DNA of 51,436 bases, taken from Alphaproteobacteria bacterium. Lineage in GTDB: Bacteria > Pseudomonadota > Alphaproteobacteria > Rs-D84. This document shows, piece after piece, positions 9,441 through 16,756 of this stretch. The notes under the pieces were generated by a model, which saw only the letters and a program-made list of their open reading frames with translations, was not told the DNA's origin and made no database searches. The position numbers were made by a program, and so were the translations under genes. The stretch is taken from NCBI GenBank assembly GCA_017618595.1, contig JAFZTZ010000032.1, positions 1-51,436 of the forward strand, in the 5' to 3' direction. The stretch's first letter is position 1; every line of letters starts with the position of its first letter.

Positions 9441-10310
9441 ATGGATGGTTGGATAATTCTTGATAAACCATCTGGCGTTTTTTCAAAAAGCGCCGCATCC
9501 CGCGCAGCAAGAATTTTTGGCACCAAAAAGAACGGGCACGTTGGAACATTGGACCCGATGGCGTCGGGGGTTTTGCCGGTTGCAATTGGAAATGCAACCA
9601 AAATGGTGCCGTTTTTGGAAGAACATTGTGACAGAACAAAAGAATACCTGTTTACAATTAAATTTGGATTTGAAACGGATACATTGGATATTACTGGTAC
9701 GGAAACAAAACGCACAGATATAATTCCGCATATTGATTTAATAATGGAAAATATACCAAAATTTATTGGAAAAATATCGCAGGTTCCACCAATATACAGC
9801 GCAGTTCATATTGGCGGCCGTCGTGCATACGAATTGGCACGCAGCGGTGAAACCCCGGAAATACCACCCCGCATAATAGAGGTTTATGAACTAGAAGTAT
9901 TTGATGCCATTGACGATATGTGCAGTTTTCGTATGGTTTGCAGCCCTGGTACCTATGTTCGCAGCATTGCGCGCGACCTTGCGTATGCCTGTGGCAGTTT
10001 GGGAACCGTAACCGCGATACGTCGCAGCAAAACAAGTGGTTTTATATTAAAAAATGCGACTTCACTTGATTTTCTGGAAAATTTGTTTAATAATGGCGCA
10101 GATGTCAGCAAATATCTGGCACCAATAGATTCAGGACTGGGGGACATTCCGGTTTTGGATCTGGGGGGCAAATCGGTCAAATTATATAAAAATGGCGGGT
10201 TTGTCGGGGTCGCGTCTGATGACGGTATGTACCGCGTTTATTCTGATAAGGTTTTTATTGGTATAGGTGTGGTTCAAAGCGGCATATTGCGACCAAAACG
10301 AACAATTTAA
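9441..10310 (+). CDS. truB: tRNA pseudouridine(55) synthase TruB
   Basis: MDGWIILDKPSGVFS...GHVGTLDPMASGVLPVAIG contains the catalytic Asp motif. SD GGGGGA lies 8 nt upstream of the ATG at 9441. An alternative ATG at 9432 overlaps mutS. Confidence 0.92.
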   Translation: MDGWIILDKPSGVFSKSAASRAARIFGTKKNGHVGTLDPMASGVLPVAIGNATKMVPFLEEHCDRTKEYLFTIKFGFETDTLDITGTETKRTDIIPHIDLIMENIPKFIGKISQVPPIYSAVHIGGRRAYELARSGETPEIPPRIIEVYELEVFDAIDDMCSFRMVCSPGTYVRSIARDLAYACGSLGTVTAIRRSKTSGFILKNATSLDFLENLFNNGADVSKYLAPIDSGLGDIPVLDLGGKSVKLYKNGGFVGVASDDGMYRVYSDKVFIGIGVVQSGILRPKRTI

Positions 10311-10327
10311 AATAAAGGAAATATACA

Positions 10328-10600
10328 ATGTCCATAACAAAAGCAAAGAAAACAGAAATTATCAATGCCATTAAGTAAAATGATAAGGACAATGGTGGTT
10401 CGGTTGAATCCCAGGTTGCGGTCTTAACAGAACGTATCCGCAATTTGACGGAACACATGAAGAACAACCACAAAGATTTGCATTCGCGCCGTGGTTTGTT
10501 GCGTATGGTTAACCAACGTAAAAAATTGTTGGCTTATATCAAGAAACGTAACGAAGGCGAATACGAAGAACTGATTAAAAAATTGGGTCTGCGTAAATAG
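10328..10600 (+). CDS. rpsO: 30S ribosomal protein S15, interrupted by an in-frame TAA at codon 17 (10376-10378)
   Basis: Manual translation: [89 protein letters not shown]. It is colinear with full-length S15 and lies in the conserved truB-rpsO-pnp position. The internal stop keeps it out of the ORF track. Confidence 0.85.
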
Positions 10601-10605
10601 AAATT

Positions 10606-10629
10606 GGCCGGCGTTTTTGCCGGCCTTTT
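10606..10629 (+). terminator. Intrinsic terminator after rpsO
   Basis: Hairpin GGCCGGC-gttttt-GCCGGCC followed by TTTT. Confidence 0.8.
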
Positions 10630-10644
10630 GATTCATAAAAATAT

Positions 10645-10673
10645 TTGCAAATGCGCAAATATGAAAGTATAAT
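10645..10673 (+). promoter_or_regulatory. Sigma70-type promoter candidate for pnp
   Basis: TTGCAA (10645-10650), a 17-bp spacer, then TATAAT (10668-10673). Confidence 0.5.
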
Positions 10674-10681
10674 CGGCATCA

Positions 10682-10757
10682 GCGAAGAAGAAATTGTTCA
10701 TTTTTGCATTTGGTCGGTAAAATCTAAAGAATGCAATAACGAATAATTTTTCTTCGC
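10682..10757 (+). promoter_or_regulatory. Long interrupted stem-loop in the pnp 5' leader (candidate RNase III / autoregulation hairpin)
   Basis: GCGAAGAAGAAATTGTTC (10682-10699) pairs imperfectly with GAATAATTTTTCTTCGC (10741-10757). An inner stem is TTGCATT (10704-10710) with AATGCAA (10730-10736). Confidence 0.5.
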
Positions 10758-10794
10758 AGTTAAAAAGAAAAACCAATAGAAACGGAGGAAAATT

Positions 10795-12960
10795 ATGTTA
10801 TTTGGTTTGATTAAGAAAGATGAAAAAACTCATCTGAACAACCCAGTTGCGGTTGAAATAAAATATGGTGATGAAACATTGCGTCTGGAAACAGGCCGTT
10901 TTGCAAAGCAGGCAAACGGTGCGGTTATGGCGACAATGGGTGGAACAATGGTATTGGCGACAGTATGCGCCGAAAAGACCGCGGTCGAAGGGCAAGATTT
11001 CTTTCCATTGACCGTTGATTACCAAGAAAAATTTGCATCGGCCGGTCGTATCCCAGGTTCGCGTGATCGTCGCGAAGGCAAGGCGTCAATTGGTGAAACA
11101 CTTATTGCGCGTTTGATTGACCGTCCAATTCGTCCACTTTTCCCAGAAACATTTAAAAACAAGGTTCAGGTTATTGCCCAGGTATTTTCATACGATCGCA
11201 AAAACCAACCTGATATTTTGGCAATGATTGCATCATCTGCGGCATTGGCATTGTCGGGTGTCCCGTTCCAGGGACCAATTGGTGCGGCGCGTGTTGGCTA
11301 TATCGATGGTAAATATGTTTTGAACCCATCCAAGAAAGATTTGGAAAATTCCGAAATGGATTTGGTCGTTGCGGCAACCAAAGATGGTGTGTTGATGGTT
11401 GAATCTGAAATCGGTGAATTAGACGAAGCAACAACATTGGGTGCGGTCAAATTTGGTTTCGATGAACAACAGGCGGTTATTCAGGCAATTAACGAACTGA
11501 CAGAAAGTGCCGGCAAAGAACGTTGGGCAACCCCAGAAAAAAGTGCAGAATATGTTGCAATGGAAGAAAAGTTCGAACAATTCGCCGGCGAAATAGAATC
11601 TGCATTGGGAATCAAAGAAAAATTGAATCGTTTGGAAACATTGGCAAACATTCATGCCGAAGCCAAGGCATTGATTCCAGAAATGTTCCCAGATACAACA
11701 GTTGCGACATCTACATTGGAATCATTTGCTGATGAAATCGTTGAAAATATAACGGCGCGCATTATGCGTTCAAACATCTTGGCGGGCAAGCCACGTATTG
11801 ATGGACGTGATACGAAGACGGTTCGTCCAATTGAAATTGAATTGGGCGTGTTGCCACGTGCACATGGTTCTGCACTGTTCACCCGTGGTGAAACTCAGGC
11901 ATTGGTGTCATTAACATTGGGTGGTGGCAAAGACGCATTACCATTGGAATCTTTGGATGGTACCGAAGATCGTGATTTCATATTGAACTATAACTTCCCA
12001 GGTTTTTCGGTTGGCGAAGCCAAAGGATTAAAGGCCCCGGGTCGTCGTGAAATTGGCCATGGTAATTTGGCATGGCGCGCGGTTCATCCAATGGTCCCAA
12101 GCCGCAGCGAATTTGATTATGTAATTCGTCTGTGTTCGGATATTTTAGAATCAAACGGTTCATCATCCATGGCGACAACATGTGGTGCAACACTTGCCAT
12201 GATGGATGGTGGTGTTCCAATGAAACGTCCGGTTGCAGGTATTGCGATGGGGCTTATCAAAGAAGGCGATGATTACGCAATATTGACCGATATCTTGGGC
12301 GATGAAGATCACCTTGGTGATATGGATTTCAAAGTAACCGGGACCGATCATGGTATTACCGCGCTTCAGATGGATATTAAAATCACATCTATTACATTTG
12401 AAATTATGGAAAAGGCATTGGCCCAGGCAAAAGATGGCCGTATGCACATCTTGGGCAAGATTACAAGTGCAATCAAAAAGCCACGTGATCATGTATCTGA
12501 ATTTGCCCCGCAAATGTACACGATGAAAATTAACCCAGACAAAGTTCGTGAAGTTATCGGCAAAGGTGGTGTTGTTATTCAGGCATTAACCCGCGATACA
12601 AACACGACAATTGATTTGGAAGACGATGGAACGGTCAAGATTATGGCGGTTACGCGTGAAGATGCCGATGCGGCGATTGCGCGTATCAAAGAAATCGTTG
12701 CCGAACCCGAAGTTGGGGAAATCTATGCTGGCGTGGTTTCTGGAATGAAAGATTTCGGTTTGTTTGTGAAAATCTTGAACGGGTTTGAAGCCATGGTTCA
12801 TATTTCTGAAATCACGGGCAAACGTCTTGAAAAAATCGAAGACGCCGGATACAAAGAAGGTGACGCGGTGTATGTAAGATACCTTGGCGCAGACAAACGC
12901 GGTAAAACACGTATGTCTATGGTTGGTATTGACCAGAAAACCGGAAAAGAAACGAAATAA
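10795..12960 (+). CDS. pnp: Polyribonucleotide nucleotidyltransferase (PNPase)
   Basis: 721 aa with two RNase PH-like domains (GDEDHLGDMDFKV) and C-terminal KH and S1 domains. SD GGAGG lies upstream. Confidence 0.97.
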   Translation: MLFGLIKKDEKTHLNNPVAVEIKYGDETLRLETGRFAKQANGAVMATMGGTMVLATVCAEKTAVEGQDFFPLTVDYQEKFASAGRIPGSRDRREGKASIGETLIARLIDRPIRPLFPETFKNKVQVIAQVFSYDRKNQPDILAMIASSAALALSGVPFQGPIGAARVGYIDGKYVLNPSKKDLENSEMDLVVAATKDGVLMVESEIGELDEATTLGAVKFGFDEQQAVIQAINELTESAGKERWATPEKSAEYVAMEEKFEQFAGEIESALGIKEKLNRLETLANIHAEAKALIPEMFPDTTVATSTLESFADEIVENITARIMRSNILAGKPRIDGRDTKTVRPIEIELGVLPRAHGSALFTRGETQALVSLTLGGGKDALPLESLDGTEDRDFILNYNFPGFSVGEAKGLKAPGRREIGHGNLAWRAVHPMVPSRSEFDYVIRLCSDILESNGSSSMATTCGATLAMMDGGVPMKRPVAGIAMGLIKEGDDYAILTDILGDEDHLGDMDFKVTGTDHGITALQMDIKITSITFEIMEKALAQAKDGRMHILGKITSAIKKPRDHVSEFAPQMYTMKINPDKVREVIGKGGVVIQALTRDTNTTIDLEDDGTVKIMAVTREDADAAIARIKEIVAEPEVGEIYAGVVSGMKDFGLFVKILNGFEAMVHISEITGKRLEKIEDAGYKEGDAVYVRYLGADKRGKTRMSMVGIDQKTGKETK

Positions 12961-12962
12961 AA

Positions 12963-12988
12963 ATATCCGGTCATTTGACCGGATATTT
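12963..12988 (+). terminator. Intrinsic terminator after pnp
   Basis: Hairpin ATATCCGGT...ACCGGATAT followed by TT. Confidence 0.65.
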
Positions 12989-13013
12989 AATCATAAGACA
13001 AAAGGAAAAAAAT

Positions 13014-13313
13014 ATGGATATGGAAAGTTTGATGGCCCAGGCCACAGAATTACAGTCCAAGGTTGCCGCCGCCCAGGAAAAATTGGGTGATATGCATGTC
13101 AAGGGCATCGCATCTGGTGGTGCGTGCATTATTGATATGACCGGCAAATATGATATTATGTCGGTGACCATCAACCCATCGGTCATGGATAAGGGGGTTG
13201 CGGCGGTTGAAGAAGCGGTTTTGTCTGCAATGAAAGATGCCAAGAAAAAGGCAGATAACATCATTGACGATGTTATGGCGGATGCAACCGCGGGTATGCC
13301 GTTGCCGAAATAA
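13014..13313 (+). CDS. ybaB: Nucleoid-associated protein YbaB/EbfC family
   Basis: MDMESLMAQATELQSKVAAAQEKLGDMHVKGIASGGACIIDMTGKYDIMSVTINPSV... I chose the ATG at 13014 with its RBS rather than the TTG at 12975, which lies inside the pnp terminator. Confidence 0.85.
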   Translation: MDMESLMAQATELQSKVAAAQEKLGDMHVKGIASGGACIIDMTGKYDIMSVTINPSVMDKGVAAVEEAVLSAMKDAKKKADNIIDDVMADATAGMPLPK

Positions 13314-13363
13314 AAAAATCTGGACAATGGTAAAAATATAATTTATCATTGTCCCTGCGTTTT

Positions 13364-13440
13364 GGATGTTTAGCTCAGTTGGCTAGAGCATCTGCTTTAC
13401 ACGCAGAGGGTCAGGGGTTCGAGTCCCTTAACATCCACCA
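13364..13440 (+). tRNA. tRNA-Val (anticodon TAC), CCA encoded
   Basis: GGATGTTTAGCTCAGTTGGCTAGAGCATCTGCTTTACACGCAGAGGGTCAGGGGTTCGAGTCCCTTAACATCCACCA. Acceptor stem is GGATGTT/AACATCC. The anticodon stem TCTGC/GCAGA carries the loop TT-TAC-AC. The T-loop is TTCGAGT. Confidence 0.9.
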
Positions 13441-13448
13441 AAAAATAA
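13424..13448 (+). repeat. 25-bp direct repeat, copy 1 (3' end of tRNA-Val plus 8 nt)
   Basis: TCCCTTAACATCCACCAAAAAATAA is identical to 13583-13607. Confidence 0.9.
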
Positions 13449-13450
13449 GA

Positions 13451-13472
13451 ATGCACCAGACGGTGCATTTTT
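13451..13472 (+). terminator. Intrinsic terminator after tRNA-Val
   Basis: Hairpin ATGCACC-agac-GGTGCAT followed by TTTT. Confidence 0.7.
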
Positions 13473-13582
13473 GTTTTTCGGATTGTGATGGTTGGGACGA
13501 AGAACCCCGGGTTCGACACGATAGTTGGCACACACGAATGTAATGCGGTGTGTGCCTTACGTGTGGTGAGCGAAGCGAACAA

Positions 13583-13607
13583 TCCCTTAACATCCACCAA
13601 AAAATAA
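13583..13607 (+). repeat. 25-bp direct repeat, copy 2 (orphan copy of the tRNA-Val 3' end)
   Basis: TCCCTTAACATCCACCAAAAAATAA. The upstream sequence does not fold as a tRNA, so only the 3' terminal segment is duplicated. Confidence 0.9.
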
Positions 13608-13633
13608 AAAACACACCAAATGGTGTGTTTTTT
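13601..13633. terminator. Bidirectional intrinsic terminator
   Basis: Hairpin ACACACCA-aa-TGGTGTGT flanked by an A-run and a T-run. It lies just 3' of the minus-strand gene ending at 13639. Confidence 0.7.
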
Positions 13634-13638
13634 ATTGC

Positions 13639-14703
13639 TTATCTGCTTTTTGGTTTTATGCCGTATGCAACACCAATTTCACCGTACGGTGTCCATTTGT
13701 CATAGTGCTGATATAACGGGCTTTCTGGATCGGTTAGATACAGCGGATTATGTTTCGTTGCGCCAATTGCACAGTATGCACCAACCTTGGTAAAGAAAAT
13801 CGCAACATTTGCACCGGCAATACCATCATCTTGTTCTTTAAATGCGTTTACCGCAATGGATGCCTGGTCGCCTTGAAATGTATGGCGGTATGTCCCGTGT
13901 AATGCGTTCCGTTCCCCAAGGTTTATTGCCTGTAATAAAATGGCATTGTGTGGTGTTGTGTACATAAATTGTAGGTTGCCAAATGTTTCTTTGTTATTAG
14001 TTGCCATAACACCACCAAATTGCACATTTTCAAATCGTTCTTGGACACATAATACAACATATCCGTGCCCAGTAAATTGGAACCCAGGCGAGTTTTCCAT
14101 ATATCCCAATGAAATTGTGTGCTCGTCGTTTTGGAACGTTCCAATTGCCGCGCGCGGAAAGTAATAACCCGAATTCATATACAGGGCATTTATAAAGAAC
14201 GTGCTAATTGGCATATCTTTGGAAAACTTGGCGGAATAATTCAGCGGTGAAAAGTTGCCAACCTTGATATTAAATTCACCAACACGTGTCCACAATTCCA
14301 TTGTCATATACATATCGTGGGTTAATGGGGTCATGGATGTTGTTGTGTAATTTTGAATCATTTGTGTTGTGGTGAACCGAACCGTAAATTTATCATGGAA
14401 TCGTACGAACGGACTAACCACCACCAATGGCGAAAATACGGTGCGCACTTTATCGGTGGTCGCATGTGTAAAAGATTCTAATTCGATATACAGTATGTCT
14501 TGGGCGTGTCCAAATTTAACCGCGGGATTTTTTGGTTTGGGTTTTGGGGTCAAACTGATAGGGTTCTGATGAGTCAAAGTGTTCCCGATGGGAATAGAAT
14601 CATTTTGCGATTGCCCAATTATGTGTCCACCCATGAACAAAGATAACAAACATGTGATTAAATATTTTTTATGCGCAATTAAAAATCGGTAACTTCTGTT
14701 CAT
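13639..14703 (-). CDS. Hypothetical secreted beta-rich protein, possibly an outer-membrane beta-barrel
   Basis: 354 aa. N-terminal hydrophobic signal LITCLLSLFMGG and a PKPKPKNP linker. Long stretches of alternating hydrophobic/polar residues are rich in G/Y/F/N/T. There is no C-terminal aromatic residue, so the beta-barrel call is tentative. Confidence 0.4.
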   Translation of the reverse strand: MNRSYRFLIAHKKYLITCLLSLFMGGHIIGQSQNDSIPIGNTLTHQNPISLTPKPKPKNPAVKFGHAQDILYIELESFTHATTDKVRTVFSPLVVVSPFVRFHDKFTVRFTTTQMIQNYTTTSMTPLTHDMYMTMELWTRVGEFNIKVGNFSPLNYSAKFSKDMPISTFFINALYMNSGYYFPRAAIGTFQNDEHTISLGYMENSPGFQFTGHGYVVLCVQERFENVQFGGVMATNNKETFGNLQFMYTTPHNAILLQAINLGERNALHGTYRHTFQGDQASIAVNAFKEQDDGIAGANVAIFFTKVGAYCAIGATKHNPLYLTDPESPLYQHYDKWTPYGEIGVAYGIKPKSR

Positions 14704-14783
14704 AATGCATAAACATAATACACATAATTTAATTTGTCAAATGCAAGCATAAATTTTTACTTAAAAATAATTGTTTTTTGTGT

Positions 14784-14812
14784 TTGTAAAGGGTTGATAT
14801 TTATGATATAAT
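14784..14812 (+). promoter_or_regulatory. Sigma70-type promoter candidate for the Cys-rich protein gene
   Basis: TTGTAA (14784-14789), a 17-bp spacer, then TATAAT (14807-14812) with an upstream TGa. Confidence 0.45.
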
Positions 14813-14847
14813 AATACAGACAAAGAAACAAAAAGGATGGGAGTATC

Positions 14848-16695
14848 ATGAACAAAATAGCAAAAGTTTTTGCGGTTTTCTCAGCTGTTGCCGGTATGTG
14901 TGTAATACCTGCGGTTGCTGATAATGTGCCCTTTATTGGAGTGCCACCTATTGGAGCGGCACCTGGTGTTATACCTGCTGCTGTTACCGCGGCATCTGGT
15001 GTTATACCTGCTGCTGTTACCACGGCACCTGGTGTTATGCGTGCTGCTGTTACCACGGCACCTGGTGTTATACCTGCTGCTGTTACTGCGGCTGCCACTA
15101 CGTTCAGCGGGTCAAATGCCACCAGCGGGTCAGGCGGTTGTAATTGGGTGGACTGGAAACGTGGTACGCGTGATGCAGACCGTGATGATTACCTGTGGCG
15201 TAATGCGCGCGAATACAATGATGCCGCGGTAAGAGATGGTACGGCCAAGGCCGCGGTTTGTGGTGGCGTACAGTCTGGTACTTGTTGGAGTGGGGCTATT
15301 ATAAGTGCGCCAGCCGAACATGTTTTCAAAGGACAAGTGATTCCATATGCACAACAGTACAAATGTCGTGCGGGGGGACGGCTTAATCACAGATGGGAAC
15401 CAATTAACGAGGCCAATGCGTGCCCTGCATTTAGGTTTGAAGGTGCCAATGTTACATTGCACAAAGGGGAAACATACCCAAACCAAAGTGGTGTGACAAT
15501 GACCAATGAAGAATGCAAGAAAATTACAGGTGAAACATTGGATCCACATGGTGTCAAATATATCGTTAAATGTAATGATAATTGGCAATTACAATGTATT
15601 TTAAGAGATTGCAGTAGTGGTTATACCCCACAAAACAACAGATGTGTCCAGGGTGGCGGCAATGGCGGCGGTCGCCAGTGCGATATATTGCTTGATGGTC
15701 AGGCCATCATATTAAATGTAGGGCAAGAACACAGCGTAGCCCTTGATGCACATCAATGTCGGAGAGCGCGCAGTAGTTTAAGCGCAACCACAAATGTGGA
15801 AGGTGGCGGCGCATACGATGACAATGCGGTATACCATTTATACTGTGCACAGACACAGGTATGCAGAAAAGTTGGTTGCAAAAGCGGTTATCATGATCAA
15901 AATGGCACATGTGTCCGTGGCGGCGGTGGCCAATCATGCCGTGAACGTCGTGCTGGTATGAGTGAAGAAGCCAAAGCGTGCTGTGATACTGGCAGTGCAG
16001 CAACATGGGATACGCCAGTCAGAGGTAAATGTACATGCGTAGATACGAATACTCATTTTGAAATCGTAAGCGGTCGTGGTCAATGTGTACCGAATGGTGT
16101 TATAACAACACAATGTCCGCCAGACGCGGTCCCAAGTGCAGATAATACAACATGTATATGTACGGACCAGACCAAAACATATGATCCGAACACCAGACAA
16201 TGTGTTGCAAGATCTACACATACATGTCCGGCGCATATGGCGTGGAGTGATTCATCAAATCAATGTGAATGTGTTGAACAATATCAACGCAAAGAAGGTG
16301 ATACATGCGTTTGCACAGTTCCAAATGCAGCAAATGATGCGAACGGTATTTGCAAATGTACCGAAAAAGACCATATCGTTAAAGACGGCAAATGCGAATT
16401 TGATGAGTCTGTGTTGCTTAGAATCCGTGGTGAAATCAGCGCTACATTTACCCAGTTGAATTCACATATCGGTGGTTTGGAACAGTCCGTATGGAAAGAC
16501 ACCGAAGGGAACTTTAATACCGCACGTCTTGCATCAGATAGTATCGCGGGTGTTGTTCTTGGAACGGCGGGCGGTCTTATCACGGCCAAGGTTGTTAAAA
16601 AGAACCAATTGAAACAGGGTTTCGAAGATATCAAATGTTCAATTGGTGGCCAAAATGTTGCAAGTTATGGTGACGATTTCAACGTCGGCATGTAA
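14848..16695 (+). CDS. Cysteine-rich repeat surface protein with signal peptide, Pro/Ala/Val tandem repeats, Cys-rich modules and a C-terminal hydrophobic segment
   Basis: 615 aa. Signal peptide MNKIAKVFAVFSAVAGMCVIPAVA. Four copies of the 11-aa unit PGVIPAAVTAA. Several dozen Cys by eye, in CxC/CxxxxC modules (TCICTDQTKTYDPNTRQCV, QCECVEQYQRKEGDTCVCT, GICKCTEKDHIVKDGKCEF). A duplicated module reads DCSSGYTPQNNRCVQGGG / GCKSGYHDQNGTCVRGGG. The C-terminal hydrophobic stretch is IAGVVLGTAGGLITAKVV. Confidence 0.7.
   Translation: MNKIAKVFAVFSAVAGMCVIPAVADNVPFIGVPPIGAAPGVIPAAVTAASGVIPAAVTTAPGVMRAAVTTAPGVIPAAVTAAATTFSGSNATSGSGGCNWVDWKRGTRDADRDDYLWRNAREYNDAAVRDGTAKAAVCGGVQSGTCWSGAIISAPAEHVFKGQVIPYAQQYKCRAGGRLNHRWEPINEANACPAFRFEGANVTLHKGETYPNQSGVTMTNEECKKITGETLDPHGVKYIVKCNDNWQLQCILRDCSSGYTPQNNRCVQGGGNGGGRQCDILLDGQAIILNVGQEHSVALDAHQCRRARSSLSATTNVEGGGAYDDNAVYHLYCAQTQVCRKVGCKSGYHDQNGTCVRGGGGQSCRERRAGMSEEAKACCDTGSAATWDTPVRGKCTCVDTNTHFEIVSGRGQCVPNGVITTQCPPDAVPSADNTTCICTDQTKTYDPNTRQCVARSTHTCPAHMAWSDSSNQCECVEQYQRKEGDTCVCTVPNAANDANGICKCTEKDHIVKDGKCEFDESVLLRIRGEISATFTQLNSHIGGLEQSVWKDTEGNFNTARLASDSIAGVVLGTAGGLITAKVVKKNQLKQGFEDIKCSIGGQNVASYGDDFNVGM
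14962..15093 (+). repeat. In-frame tandem repeat, 4 x 33 bp
   Basis: The unit CCTGGTGTTATACCTGCTGCTGTTACCGCGGCA starts at 14962, 14995, 15028 and 15061, with 1-4 substitutions per copy. Confidence 0.95.
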
Positions 16696-16712
16696 TAGAT
16701 GGTTGGTTTATG

Positions 16713-16744
16713 AAAAACGGTCGCAAATCTGCGACCGTTTTTTC
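16713..16744. terminator. Bidirectional intrinsic terminator
   Basis: Hairpin CGGTCGCA-aatc-TGCGACCG flanked by AAAAA and TTTTTT, between convergent genes. Confidence 0.8.
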
Positions 16745-16756
16745 ATGTAGAATAAT

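Noticed and set aside
10376-10378. The rpsO internal TAA as evidence for stop-codon reassignment.
   Set aside because: TAA terminates many well-delimited genes here at the expected protein ends (parB, xseB, mutS, pnp, pilin-like A). TGA and TAG also terminate genes. The standard code fits the whole window.
10255-10636. Minus-strand ORFs 10255-10473 and 10424-10636.
   Set aside because: They are antisense to the clearly recognisable rpsO reading frame and its terminator. They appear in the track only because the internal TAA hides rpsO.
13473-13607. A possible permuted two-piece tmRNA or second tRNA, suggested by GGGTTCGAC and a CCA-ending segment.
   Set aside because: No T-stem complement surrounds the GGTTCGA. 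There is no acceptor-stem partner and no G-U alanine identity pair. Only the last 25 nt match tRNA-Val, so a partial duplication explains it better.
13349-13614. Three 64-67-aa ORFs overlapping the tRNA-Val gene and the repeat region.
   Set aside because: They run through a well-folding tRNA and terminator hairpins. No RBS is present, and the tRNA and repeats explain the sequence.
14757-15232. ORFs 14757-15122 (minus strand) and 14915-15232 (plus strand, alternative frame) with repetitive AAVTAAGITPG or LLLLPRHLVL sequence.
   Set aside because: They are artefacts of the 33-bp tandem repeat read in other frames. The signal-peptide-containing frame starting at 14848 continues for 615 aa.
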